From positions 496,001 to 560,000 of the forward strand of contig NC_043018.1 of the NCBI RefSeq assembly GCF_006345805.1: 64,000 nt of DNA. Reading direction: 5' to 3'. This document shows, piece after piece, positions 38,834 to 53,619 of this stretch (the first letter of the stretch is position 1; each line of letters begins with the position of its first letter). This stretch comes from Octopus sinensis. Its lineage: Eukaryota. Position numbers and translations under genes: made by a program. Below the pieces are notes generated by a model. The model was not told the DNA's origin, searched no databases, and worked only from the letters and a program-made list of their open reading frames with translations.

Positions 38834-38896
38834 GTACTAGTACTACTGTTGCTGCTGCTGCTGCTACCACTGCAGCTGTTGCTGCCACTACTACTG

Positions 38897-38927
<31 letters not shown>

Positions 38928-38928
38928 A

Positions 38929-38964
<36 letters not shown>

Positions 38965-39116
38965 GCTACTACTGCTACTACTACTACTACCACTACTACT
39001 ACTACTACTGCTACTACTACTACTACCACTACTGCCATAGCGGTGTTGAAGTTACTGAAAGCAATAATAATGCTGACGACTATGTTAATGATGACGACGA
39101 CGACGATGATTATGAA

Positions 39117-39160
<44 letters not shown>

Positions 39161-39292
39161 ATAATAATAATAATAATAATAATAATGATAATAATGATAA
39201 CGATAATAATGATAATGATAATAATGATGATAATAATAATAATAATAATAATGATAATAATGATAACGATAATAATGATAATGCTAATAACG

Positions 39293-39376
<84 letters not shown>

Positions 39377-39480
39377 AAGAAGAAGAAGAAGAAGACAAGA
39401 ACAAGAACAACAACAAAAACAGCAACAACAACGAGAGCAACAAAAAGCCAAAAAAAAAACATTAATAATAACGATAATGA
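38740..39480. repeat. Chain of trinucleotide microsatellites (CTG/CTA, then ATA/ATG, GAA and ACA)
   Basis: Read directly; source of the poly-L, poly-V, poly-N and poly-I ORFs. Confidence 0.95.
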
Positions 39481-39877
39481 TTAACGATGGTGCAATTTCC
39501 CATGCGAAAAGGATAACAAAGGATAGTAGTTGCAAAGTGAAACGCAATAATTAATGAAAACACAAACAAGGCTTTTTCAGGCATAATGTTGAATATCGGT
39601 CATGTGATATCGTTTTATTATTTTCCGTGAAAGTTAGACGCTATTAAGCAAAACCTCGATGACCTTCATCTGGTTGGCGAGGGGTTACACAGTAGGAAGT
39701 TCGTGTTCGATGGATTTATTGAAATGAGAAGGAAATATAGTAACCGATTTTACGAACGAATTTACAATAATGTAACATAAATGGTCGTTTATCAAAAAGT
39801 TTGCTTCGTGGATGCGTGAAGAGGCCAGGAGGGGAAAAGTCGAAGTATGAGGCACTGAAAAAAGCAGAGAGAAACAG

Positions 39878-39879
<2 letters not shown>

Positions 39880-39953
<74 letters not shown>

Positions 39954-39983
39954 CTATCTATCTATCTATCTATCTACTGTCTG

Positions 39984-40036
<53 letters not shown>

Positions 40037-40087
40037 ACGTGTGTGTATATATGAACGTATGTGTGTGTTTGTGTGTATATATATTAT

Positions 40088-40118
<31 letters not shown>

Positions 40119-40408
40119 ATATGTCTTATTGTTGCTCTCAATGTTCTTGCTGTTGTTCTTCTACACCTGATGTATACTGGCTTTGGCTTGGATTTCGACA
40201 GTATTGAGTGCTTCTCTGGTAATATCTTCACACGCAATATCTTCGCCATTTGTTATATATATATTTATATATAATAGATAGGTAGGGTGATAGATACGTA
40301 GATGATGGATAGAGGGACTAATATATAGATAGGTAGTAGATAAATAGATAGATACATAAATAGAGAGAGAGATAAGTAGATATATAAAAAACATAGATAA
40401 AAAGATAG

Positions 40409-40444
<36 letters not shown>

Positions 40445-40490
40445 TGATAGATAGATAGACATACATATAAATAGATAAATAGATAGTTAC
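39880..40490. repeat. (TCTA)n and (TAGA)n tetranucleotide tracts in opposite orientation
   Basis: TCTA at about 39880-40035 and TAGA at about 40270-40490. Confidence 0.9.
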
Positions 40491-40817
40491 TTATATACAC
40501 TATTGTATAGATCACAGCCAAGCGAATGCATCTGGAAAAAAACACTGGTAGAAGCATACGCAGACCGAAATACACACACACACATACACACACATGCACA
40601 CCGAAACACACACATATACACACGCATACACACGTACGCACACATGCATACACAGACGAGCTTTCTCACTGTCACACACACAAGCAATAAGTTTATAGCT
40701 ATATGTATATATTGTAAAATGTCTAGATAAAAGAGAAAAGCCAATACCGTGTAGTATCATGTGGGATTTATTTACTCAGATCAGACATTTTACTATCCCA
40801 CGCACAATTGTTCCAAC

Positions 40818-40848
<31 letters not shown>

Positions 40849-41110
40849 TATATATATTATATATGTCACTGCCTGTTTGCGCGTAAGTATATACGTAGAC
40901 CATTATCGAAGTACGCGTTTACTCACGTTATAGGACAGTGAATTACTGAGTTCGTTTTTAGTCTTTGCTTATGTCCAGTCTACTTAACTCTGAAAAATAA
41001 GGTGAAGAAATATGTCACAATAAATAAATATGAGCCTGCTTTTTGATGAAACGTTATACTTTTGGCAAAACCAAGTTCAAACTCTGAAATGTCTTTCATC
41101 CTTCTCTCTG

Positions 41111-41175
<65 letters not shown>

Positions 41176-41286
41176 TTCCCTTTCTTCTTTCTATTTTGAT
41201 ATATGTCCGTCTATGTAGCTTTCTGTCAGTGTTAATCTATCTATCTATCTATCTATCACTCTGTCTATTTTTTATGCATATATATA

Positions 41287-41322
<36 letters not shown>

Positions 41323-41729
41323 TGTGTTTGTGTATATATATATATATATATATACAAAACATTCAAACTCTAAGATTTGAAATCAGATGTCACTACTGCT
41401 CATATCATCTGTGGATAAATTTTAAAATTAATGACATAACCAGCAGCGACATAGGTGGATCGCAGGCGCAATAGCATTAAATAGCTATGAATTAAAAATT
41501 GGTACGAAGCGTAAGGATGCTTAACAAGCATACACCTGCTAGAAATTAGAGCTAAAGTCTTAAATAAGAGCTAAAGTCTTAAATTTATCCACTGTACCAC
41601 ACCGAGGTAACAAAGAAAAACAGTATGCGAGGAAAACAGACAAGATATATAGCATTAAATAGGTATGAAATATAAATTTGTATGAAACGTAAGGATGCTT
41701 AAACAAGCATCCACCTGCTAGAAATAAGA

Positions 41730-41940
41730 GCTTGTTTGTCCTCCCTGTGTTTAGCCCATTGTTGGTAGTAAAGAAATAGGTATTTCGACTGCTGCTACGT
41801 TCTGAGCTCAAATTCTGCCGGGGTCGACATTGCCTTTCATTCTTTCGCGATTGACATTGCATTTTATCCTTTCGGTTTCGATTAAATACGCCAATGAAAT
41901 CGAATAGCCCACTCCCGCCAAATTTCAAGCCTTGAGACAA
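41730..41940 (+). mobile_element. Rearranged SINE family A fragments (tail followed by body)
   Basis: tgtttagcccattgttggtagtaaagaaata directly followed by tacgttctgagctcaaattctgccggggtcgac. Confidence 0.65.
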
Positions 41941-42076
41941 ATGTACAAATGTCTTGTTAATATATAACTTTTCGATGATTTTTCAAACAAGACCAATAGA
42001 CATTACAGACACACACGCACATCCACACACACACACACACACGCGCACACATATACATACACACACACACACCCTC

Positions 42077-42120
<44 letters not shown>

Positions 42121-42340
42121 GTGTGTGTGTGTGTATATTTAAAGAGCTAAAAACCAATATGTGGACAGCCATATTTCTAGAAGTAGATCACCTACGATCA
42201 AACTACAGTTTGAGTGGTTTTTAGCCCCTTAAATACACACATGTATTAGAATTTTCTCTGATTTTAAAGATTTTTGTATGCTAGGCTATGGTTTTACATT
42301 GATATTAATTAAATTAATACTCAATTTATCTCCCTCATTT

Positions 42341-42378
<38 letters not shown>

Positions 42379-42729
42379 CATATATGTAATAAATCTCTGA
42401 ACGAGGTGGTAGTATATATATATATTTCATTTGGGTGTCTTTGCATTTAGGTCAACGTACGTTATAAAATAATAATATACTATTAATTAAAAAGGTATTT
42501 TTCTTTAAATCTGCGTATGCTTTGGCTCTCCGGATCATAGTAACTGAATATCGTTCAATTTGTTTTAAATAGCCGGAAATATTTAGATGCTGTGAAAGCA
42601 CACATAAGCATACACACATTTATATCTGCATGCACAAGTCGTTCTGTATACATACATAAATAAATATATGTATATATAGATACAATATATACATACATCA
42701 ATAAATCTAAGTACCAATATAGCTCTTTC

Positions 42730-42795
<66 letters not shown>

Positions 42796-43196
42796 TGTGT
42801 GTGTGTGTATTTCTGCCTGTAGTGTGTATGTGGCGTGTATGAATGCAACAGCAGCATATACGCACGACACGTATGAGAAGCAGCGCATAAAAATTAACCG
42901 CATAACCTTGCTATGGCCTTTAAAAAATACATATGCTTTTTTTCGATACAATACTTACAATACGGAGTAAGAATACTGAATATCATTAATCATATATATC
43001 ATTAAAGTATACCATTAACCTCATATACAATATCATTAATCTTTCTCAGTGTTATTTATAAACAGTGATTCGTCTCGTAATTATGTTTATGATCATATAT
43101 CTATATATCTATCTCTGTGAGTCCGTGACATTCATACCATGTAATATATAAAATGCTCTCTGTCTCCTCTCTCTCCCCATATATATATATATATAT

Positions 43197-43393
43197 GTAG
43201 GTCCCGGGTTGAGTCGGGGTTAACCACAGTAAATAAGGTACTCAATACATAGCAGAGTAAATTAATTTATTTTATAGAAGGAGCTTCTACAGGACTAGAA
43301 CTGTTTCATTCAAAAGAAATCATCAGGAGCTTCCTGATGATTTCTTTCGAATGAAACAGTTCTAATCCTGTAGAAGCTCCTTCTATAAAATAA
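43197..43393. mobile_element. (TA)n-flanked foldback element with 62-bp inverted arms, each carrying a hammerhead core
   Basis: Arms 43267-43328 and 43332-43393 have 2 mismatches and a 3-nt loop; the left side extends about 70 bp further to a (TA)n tract. Confidence 0.85.
43326..43380 (+). ncRNA. Type I hammerhead ribozyme motif with U-U at the first stem II position
   Basis: Stem I ggagcttc/gaagctcc (8 bp); CTGATGA at 43334-43340; stem II t-ttc-tttc-gaa-t; GAAA at 43353-43356; stem III acag/ctgt; GUA triplet ending at 43372. Confidence 0.75.
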
Positions 43394-43419
43394 TATATAT
43401 ATATATATATATATCCTGA

Positions 43420-43900
43420 ATGTAGGAACCTCACATTCAATTCTTTCCGCTGTAGCTCTATAACCAATCCGCAAAAGCCTGTTTAAGGTCTCCAAATTCA
43501 AGATGTTCTTACAGTCTCCTACAACTTCTCGCTGAGATTAGGGAACACGCAAAAGTCACAGGGAGCAAGATCTAGGCTGTAGATAGTATGAGGGGCAGTT
43601 CTGATGCCCATTTGTAGGATGGATGCATCGATCTGGGGCAGATGTCACGACCCGTGTAGTACAGTTATGGACTTTTGCAACGAAAGTCTTTCGTGAACTC
43701 TCTGAAAGCTTCCACTAAATACTCATTTTTACCGTGTGACCACAGGTGAACCAGTGGATGTAGCTGATTCCCTTGTTGTCGGAAGGGGGGGGGGTCATCG
43801 TAAGCTTGTCAGTGGGTCTTTCCTGTGTGGCTTCCAGCGAAAAACAGATCTTCGACCCATACCAGTTAATATATAATCGGTCAAGGAGGTGGGTATGTCA
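43420..43900 (-). mobile_element. Decayed mariner transposase fragment
   Basis: Minus-strand translation includes YSLDLAPCDFCVFPNL, the YSPDLAPxDF signature. Confidence 0.75.
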
Positions 43901-44398
43901 CAAGTTTCTGTAGCCGTCTTGCCTATTTAACCACAAATGCTTATTGCGTAGCCAGCTTCCAAAAAGTCCTCACGACCCGACTGCTTTCTGTTAACTAGTT
44001 AGCTGAGAGAAACAGTGATTAAACAGTGTGATATTCCAGCCGTTTCCCACGATCCGGAATAACAACATTCAGCAGGTTAAATTATCGGATATATAGAAAT
44101 GACATACGAAAGTTAAAATGATTTAAGACAGTGAAAAACTATATTTCCTGAAAAAGTTTCAAAAACTCTGGAATGCACCACTGCATTTGGTAAAACTTGG
44201 GTACCTGACAATATACTTGGTCAGAGCATGAAAATGCGTCTTACATTTTGGATTTGACACGGTCCGATTTCCCATTGTTCAATGGGATTCATTGTCCAAT
44301 GAAGGGCAATTCGGAGGGTGAAAGTAGCTATGGAGAATTGGGTCCAAAAATGGATCCCCTACATTTCTTCGTAAAAGATCTAAGAATTTGATTCCAGA

Positions 44399-44630
44399 AA
44401 GCGGCGAGCTAGCAGAATCGTTAGCACGTCGGGCGAAATGCTTAGCGGTATTTAGTCTGCCGTTACGTTGTGAGTTCAAATTCCGCGGAGGTCGACTTTA
44501 CCTTTCATCCTTTCGGGGTCGATAAATTAAGTACCAGTTAAGCACTGGAGTCGATATAATCGACTTAATACCTATGTCTGCCCATGTTTGTCCCCTCTAT
44601 GTTCAGCCCCTTGTGGGTAATAAAGAAATA
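44399..44630 (+). mobile_element. SINE family A, full length
   Basis: gcggcgagctagcagaatcgttagcac...cccttgtgggtaataaagaaata. Confidence 0.9.
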
Positions 44631-44909
44631 GGCATTGCATCGGTTCAATACTAAGTATGTTAACTGGAACAATGTTACTACTATTTTGCAATTCGAAACA
44701 CATTCGCCGATTGATAAGTGAAATCAAGCCTTCTGTTCATTAGAATCAATAAAACTGAAGTGTTTCTCATTAGATTTGTCTGTCGATATGTCAATCTAAT
44801 CGTCTCTCCTTCTTTATCCTCCTCTTGCTTTTTCCGTTTACTCTCTTCTTCTCTCTGGTTCTGTATATAAATGTGTTATGTGTGGGGGTGTATGTGTTCG
44901 TGTCTAAGT

Positions 44910-47300
<2,391 letters not shown>

Positions 47301-47851
47301 AAACATGTGTATACATGAATACAAGTCAGCGCCCATGCGCATGTGTTGTTTATGTGTGCACTCGTATGTGCTAACGCAATTGCATACGTGTGAGTGTTGT
47401 TTGTGCGTGCACATGTGTCTGTGTGTCCGTGTGTTTGTTTCGATGACTGATTGTGTAAATGCTTTGATAATAATACAGTTTAATATTACTGGACATGATA
47501 CAGGTTAGTTCCATTGTTTCTGTCAGAGATCGGTAAAAGTATCAGAAGACTCTTTTTTACTAACCCAAAAGAGGAAAAATAAATGCTTGAAACTCATGTA
47601 TGAATAAAATTAGATAAAACATGGCGAGAAAACAAAAATACACCGAACGAATAATTCATTCGTGCGTTCATTTGCAAACAGTTATTTGGCAGGGAGAAAG
47701 AATGGAATATCAAATAAATAAAAAAATATATCTCTGACGGCACTAAACCATCATATCTAGATAAAGAATTCATGTTCTTTCATTTCTTATCAATTATACA
47801 TATATATATATATATATATATCGAGTATGGCCATTGCACGAAGCTTAACTG

Positions 47852-48070
47852 TTACTGGGGGTGTGATCGAATGTGACTTTTTAGCCCAGCTAAAGATCTA
47901 CAATGTCTTGTACAGAATTGGCAACCAAAACCTTTACCGTTAATAACCGGCTGTAGTTGTAACTGGGCTTCATGTACCTTTGCATGAGGTTTAAGTCCTC
48001 CTACCGAATTACACTCTCTTCCACATGCCTGACAGATATTAGTATGGTGTGTTACACCACCACCAGTGGT
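47852..48070 (-). mobile_element. 3' end of an RTE-type LINE ORF with two C2H2-like zinc fingers
   Basis: CQACGRECNSVGGLKPHAKVH and CQFCTRHCRSLAGLKSHIRSH followed by a stop. There is no TGEKP linker, and the CxxCGRxCxSxxGLxSHxRxH pattern is typical of RTE C-termini. Confidence 0.65.
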
Positions 48071-48073
48071 CAG

Positions 48074-48113
<40 letters not shown>

Positions 48114-48138
48114 ATACACACATATATATATATATATA

Positions 48139-48270
48139 GTCGCCTGTAGAAGAGCGTAGGCTCGAAACGTAAAATACTTTTTCAATTCCTGAGCGTTATA
48201 CTAATACATCTGTTCGTTTTTTACACCATCCGTCTTCGTCTTTTGTTTTACTTTTTCGTGAATTATCCCT
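48139..48270 (+). mobile_element. Short (TA)n-flanked Penelope-like end with a decayed minimal hammerhead
   Basis: CTGTAGA a GAGC gtag GCTC GAAAC GT A: stem II is perfect and the minimal ACGT stem III is present, but core A6 is T and stem I is unpaired. Confidence 0.45.
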
Positions 48271-48279
48271 ATATATATA

Positions 48280-48325
<46 letters not shown>

Positions 48326-48568
48326 GTTGAGAACTCTTCCCATTTGCACATGGAAAACCAGACAAACACGCACAAACTTACAAACACAGCCACACCACAC
48401 AAGCATACAACATGCACATATCTGCGTTTCTATACGTTCAGTTGTATGTTTGCGTATGTCTGGGGTGTGTTAATGCTGTTATGATATGAACAAAATGACC
48501 GTATTCAATATAAAAGTACTCTCTTTCCCCGCCTCTCTCTCTCTCACACACACATATATAAACGCCTT

Positions 48569-48617
<49 letters not shown>

Positions 48618-48724
48618 ATTATATATATATATATATATATTTATGTGTATGTGCTTGTGTGTGTCTGTCTGTACGTGCGTGTTGCATTAGTGGATACATG
48701 AATTCATCTTTATGATATGAGTAT

Positions 48725-49030
48725 ATGTGTGGGAATCAAAACCACGATCCTACGACCGGAAGTCCGCTGCCCTAACCACTGGGCCATTGCGCCTCCATAT
48801 ATATATATATATATATATACATACACAAATGTATATTTATATACCTATGTATGTATATATGTGTATGTGTGTGTACATGTGTGCGTGCCTGCATGTGTTT
48901 GTGTATGTGTGTGTGTCCAACCACCACATGAAAACTAGTGCTGGTGTGTTTACGTTCTTGTAACTTAGCGGTTTCGCAAAAGAGGCCAATAATATAAATA
49001 CCAGACTTTAAAAAATAATAAACCAAAGCA
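48725..49030 (-). repeat. Inverted duplicate of 52810-53215 (SINE B tail, microsatellite and SINE C head)
   Basis: Shared private variants in reverse complement: gttacaagaacgtaaacac, cttttgcgaaaccgct, ttttcatgtggtggttggacacac, acacatgcaggcacgcacac. Confidence 0.8.
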
Positions 49031-49079
49031 TTTAACACATACGCCGTTTACAAAATATTACTTTGTATATATGTATTTA

Positions 49080-49116
<37 letters not shown>

Positions 49117-50993
49117 TTTTATATATATATATATATATATGTAATGCTGCGTAAATTGTAATTAGTATTTCTCGCAGAGTGCCATTTGTCTTAGGAGGGA
49201 CTATCGCTTCATATATTTAGTACTTCGTAACAACTATCTCTCAGTTGCACACTTTTGTCAATAACATAATCAGCACCATATTTACAGCTACAGTGTATCC
49301 TTCAATGCCAACACGGCGTGGCAGTTCTCCAGATCTATGAAATATTATAATGTAAGAATACAGACATCTATCATAAAATTTATTTACTTTTACCTTGCTT
49401 TTTTTTAGTTTCTTTTTTCGTATTTTTTTGTTTGAAAATATAAACAATAAGTAGCAAAAGATTAAAAAAATACCAACACACGAAAACAAATTCCCCACTT
49501 GCGATTTATAATGTTTTATATGGATAGGTAGCTTTCACATGTAAAATTTATTGCAGTTTATACACCTCCAATTTCTCTAGTAATATCCAAAATGAAAATC
49601 TTGGTATATTGCCAATCGTGTTAAAAGATTGAACATCAAACACTATTCTCAAAATAGCACTAATTTAATCTACTTAATATTACAGGGAGCCCTAAGCAAA
49701 TAATGCTGCTTACGAGAGTAATGTGGTATGCTTCTAAATGTTCCCTCGACAGCAAAACGTTTCAGCTGTCTTCTAAGCGAAAGGTTTTCGTTGTCTAGCA
49801 ATACGAATTATTCGTGAATTTAAATAAATTTTGCGATCGAATATTCCCCAGTTGTTGGCTTTAGCGCCAAGTCAGACTCTGCTAATTGTAAACGGAAAGG
49901 TCTCCGGTGCTTGATCAGCTGGACAATTAACATATTTGTGTTGCGTTAGCACATATGCTTCGTAATATTAACGCCACATTAGAATACTAATTTCCTTGGA
50001 AAATCAGCTGCTAGACGCGTGCTTAAGCTTCGATTCGTGATAACTTAATCAATCATCGAAAACTGGCTACAAACTATGTTTCAACACCATTGAATTATGT
50101 ACAGAATCGTTAGACAATAAGAGCCATATTTTAAAAATTGTTCTGTTCTAATTGATTAGGAAATTTCATTTATTACGATTTTTTTTTATGTTTCTTCTTT
50201 AACCTTTTGAAATAGTGTTAAATTTTATTTCTCTTTAAAAGAATATGTGTATGTTGAAATCGATAAAAAAAAGCAGTTTAAGTGCACTATTGATTTGTTT
50301 CCATGTATGCCAATGTTCAAATCTCACAAACGGAGGTTGATCTTTCATCTAATAAACGTCATAAAATACAGGTCGTTAACCGAATGTATCGACTCAAAAT
50401 ATCACCTGAAAACCGAAGACGTTTTGTCATTCATGATTCCAGCGTCACGCCTAAGATTAGGCAGTAAAACATTGCATAAAATGCCGACGTTTGGCGGCAT
50501 TTAGTTACTGTCATTTACATTTAAAAAAATGTGTTAAAAAATGTATCCGGTTTGAATTTTTCATCCTTCTGAGGTTCAATTATTTAAGAAGCAAGTCATG
50601 GAGAATGGAGGATATAATCTGTTGTATTTGTGCTTTTCTGAATTTATATTCTGAATATTTCTAGCTATTTATTTACGCGATACTGAACATTTGGTCGGTC
50701 AAATATCGGTGTCTCTTATCAAGAACGGCCCAGCAGAAGCAAAAATGAGGAAACGTAAACAAACAAACACTGTGTGTAAAACAGTGAGAGACAAACTAAA
50801 ACACATACAGGAACACACATACTTACATATACCCATATTCACACATGCGTACATACACGCACACACACACACACACACACGCACACACACACATATATAT
50901 ATATATAAACGCGTGAACACAATTTCATTCAAACTGTTTTCATTCATACATACACATTCATATATATATCTATGCTTACAGACGTATATATAA

Positions 50994-51037
<44 letters not shown>

Positions 51038-51093
51038 GTACATATATATATATACATATAATATATTTATATATATTTATATATATCTATATA

Positions 51094-51135
<42 letters not shown>

Positions 51136-51174
51136 CACACACATGTATATATATATATATTATATATATATATA

Positions 51175-51373
51175 TGTAAAAAAATACAAACTGGGACAAG
51201 AACGCAAAACATTTAGAAGACGATGCAAAAACCACGGAACCCTTCAATCTTCAGTCAAGAACCGGATCATCCTTGCAATTTCGGCTGATTAATCTTGAGA
51301 TTGCTCCGATCTGGCCAGCCCCAAAGGAAAAATCTAAGCCAAGCGCATTAGATTCCTTGGAGGAAAGCCTCGA
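51175..51373 (-). mobile_element. (TA)n-flanked fragment of the 25041-26153 repeat family
   Basis: Reverse complement contains aatctcaagattaatcagccgaaatt...gatgatccggttcttgactgaaga. Confidence 0.75.
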
Positions 51374-51398
51374 TATATATATATATATATATAAAAAG

Positions 51399-52282
51399 TT
51401 TATTTGGCTAATCTTGAAACGTTGACGTACTCAAACGATCTATGTACTTGTGATATTTTTCTGTATTTACCCCCAAACCTTCGTGAGTCGTCTAGAGTAA
51501 ACATTATCTGAGAGAAATTTTCTTTAAGTAGTAGAAATGCTAAGAAAATTTTTTGGGGCTGCTATTTCTACTAAGTTCAGTATGTGGCAAAGTAATTTAT
51601 TTTACTAAGCCCTAATTATATAATGTAATATTTTGAATTCGCCTTAAATGGTCCTTTTACATATTGAACACTTGGTGAAATTGATTATTTAATTAATTTT
51701 ACCCTCAATTGTTGATATTATAATTCATTTCTCTCGGTCATACTGCCTCGGTTCTCGCGGTTAAGATATAATGTTCGCTAGATAGACCACGTGGGTGGAA
51801 TGGGGAGTGCAGAATTTTACGCCTGCGCATTTTGAATTTGTTGACGCTGTTTAGTTGGAGTGGTTCATCTGAAGCGACAAGTTCGCTGATAGGTAAAGTT
51901 CCTTCTTTTTAGTGTTTCCAAATCCAAATTAAGAAATTTTGAGCTGACGAAAGAAATGCTGATTTATTTGGCTAATCTTGAAATATTGACGTACTCAAAC
52001 GATCTATGTACTTGTGATATTTTTCTGTATTTACCCCCAAACCTTCGTGAGCTGTCTAGAGTAAACATTATCTGAGAGAAATTTTCTTTAAGTAGTAGAA
52101 ATGCTAAGAAAATTTTTTTTGGCTGCTATTTCTACTGAGTTCAGTATGTGGCAAAGTAATTTATTTTACTAAGCCCTAATTATATAATGTAATATTTTGA
52201 ATTCGCCTTAAATGGTCCTTTTACATACTGAACACTTGGTGAAATTGATTATTTAATTAATTTTACCCTCAATTGTTGATAT
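51399..52282 (+). mobile_element. (TA)n-flanked partial dimer of a 564-nt unit (320-bp direct repeats) carrying a hammerhead
   Basis: 51399-51718 is repeated at 51963-52282. Copy 1 starts inside the hammerhead stem II, consistent with 5' truncation. Confidence 0.85.
51938..51999 (+). ncRNA. Type I hammerhead ribozyme motif at the junction of the spacer and repeat 2
   Basis: Stem I tttgag/ctcaaa (6 bp); CTGACGA at 51944-51950; stem II aaga/tctt; GAAA at 51980-51983; GUA ending at 51993. Stem III is weakened here (tattgac), but the 51416-51429 copy keeps GAAACgttgacGTA. Confidence 0.7.
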
Positions 52283-52754
52283 ATATATATACATACATAC
52301 AAATGTACATACATAAATGCATGCGTACACATAAGTATACATAGATACTTACACACAGATTCCATGAACGAAGTTCACGCATGTTTTCAGGCGTAACATT
52401 TCTACTGTTTAATCAAAGAAGAAACAGCAACGCCCATAAATCTGGCATAAATCACTCCTATAGATGAATACCCTCAAATAGAGAGTGATGTTACTCAAAG
52501 AAGCGTTAGTATTAATCATCGTTTAAGGTACGGAATCATTAGGTTTGGATTCCAAGTACATATTCCTCCTATATAAAGCAATTTAAACAGCTGCAAAGAA
52601 CCAACCTTCTTAATAAGAACGCACATAAGAGGCTTTCCGTGTTTCACATATTTTTTTTTACAATTGCTTGGGAAATTAAGAAGGAACACTGTGGACGGGC
52701 TTAGTAGAGATGCTTAGCTAGGTGGAAATGATACCTTTAATGTACTATTTGTTA

Positions 52755-52960
52755 TTTCTTACTTGTTTCAGTCATGTGACTGTGGCGATGCTGGAGCACC
52801 GCTTGAAGCACTTTGGTTTATTATATTTTAAAGTCTGGGTTATTATATTATCGGCCTCTTTTGCGAAACCGCTAAGTTACAAGAACGTAAACACGCCAGC
52901 AGTAGTTTTCATGTGGTGGTTGGACACACACACATACACAAACACATGCAGGCACGCACA
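52755..52960 (-). mobile_element. SINE family B, tail half, diverged
   Basis: ttcttacttgtttcagtcatgtgactgtggcgatgctggagcaccgc. Confidence 0.7.
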
Positions 52961-53042
52961 CAGGTATACACACATACACATATATACATACGTAGGTATA
53001 TAAATATACATTTATGTATGTATATATATATATTTATGTATG

Positions 53043-53102
<60 letters not shown>

Positions 53103-53112
53103 GTGTGTGTGT

Positions 53113-53141
<29 letters not shown>

Positions 53142-53145
<4 letters not shown>

Positions 53146-53445
53146 AGGCGCAATGGCCCAGTGGTTAGGGCAGCGGACTCGCGGTCGTAGGATCGCGGTT
53201 TCGATTCCCAGACCAAGCGTTGAGTGTGTTTATTGAGCGAAAACACCTAAAGCTCCACGAGGCTCCGGCAGCGGGTGGTGGCGATCCCTGCTGTACTCTT
53301 TCACCAGAACTTTCTCTCACTCTTTCTTCTGTTGGCCTGCTCGCTTAGCCACCGGGGCGGCGTCATTTGAAGGCTAAAACAATGCGAAGCGCATTGTGAC
53401 CAGCGATGTGCAGCAACATCTGATGCCCAGTCGGTCACGGTGACG

Positions 53446-53450
<5 letters not shown>
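53142..53450 (+). mobile_element. SINE family C (C1 tail)
   Basis: gtggaggcgcaatggcccagtggttagggcagcggactc...gtcggtcacggtgacggtgat. Confidence 0.9.
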
Positions 53451-53488
<38 letters not shown>

Positions 53489-53492
53489 TATA

Positions 53493-53578
<86 letters not shown>

Positions 53579-53619
53579 TATAAATGTATATGTATTTTTT
53601 CAATGTGTGCAAAGAACAC

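Noticed and set aside
47852-48121. Host C2H2 zinc-finger gene exon
   Set aside because: There is no TGEKP linker, the 5' part of the ORF is microsatellite, and the finger pattern matches RTE LINE C-termini.
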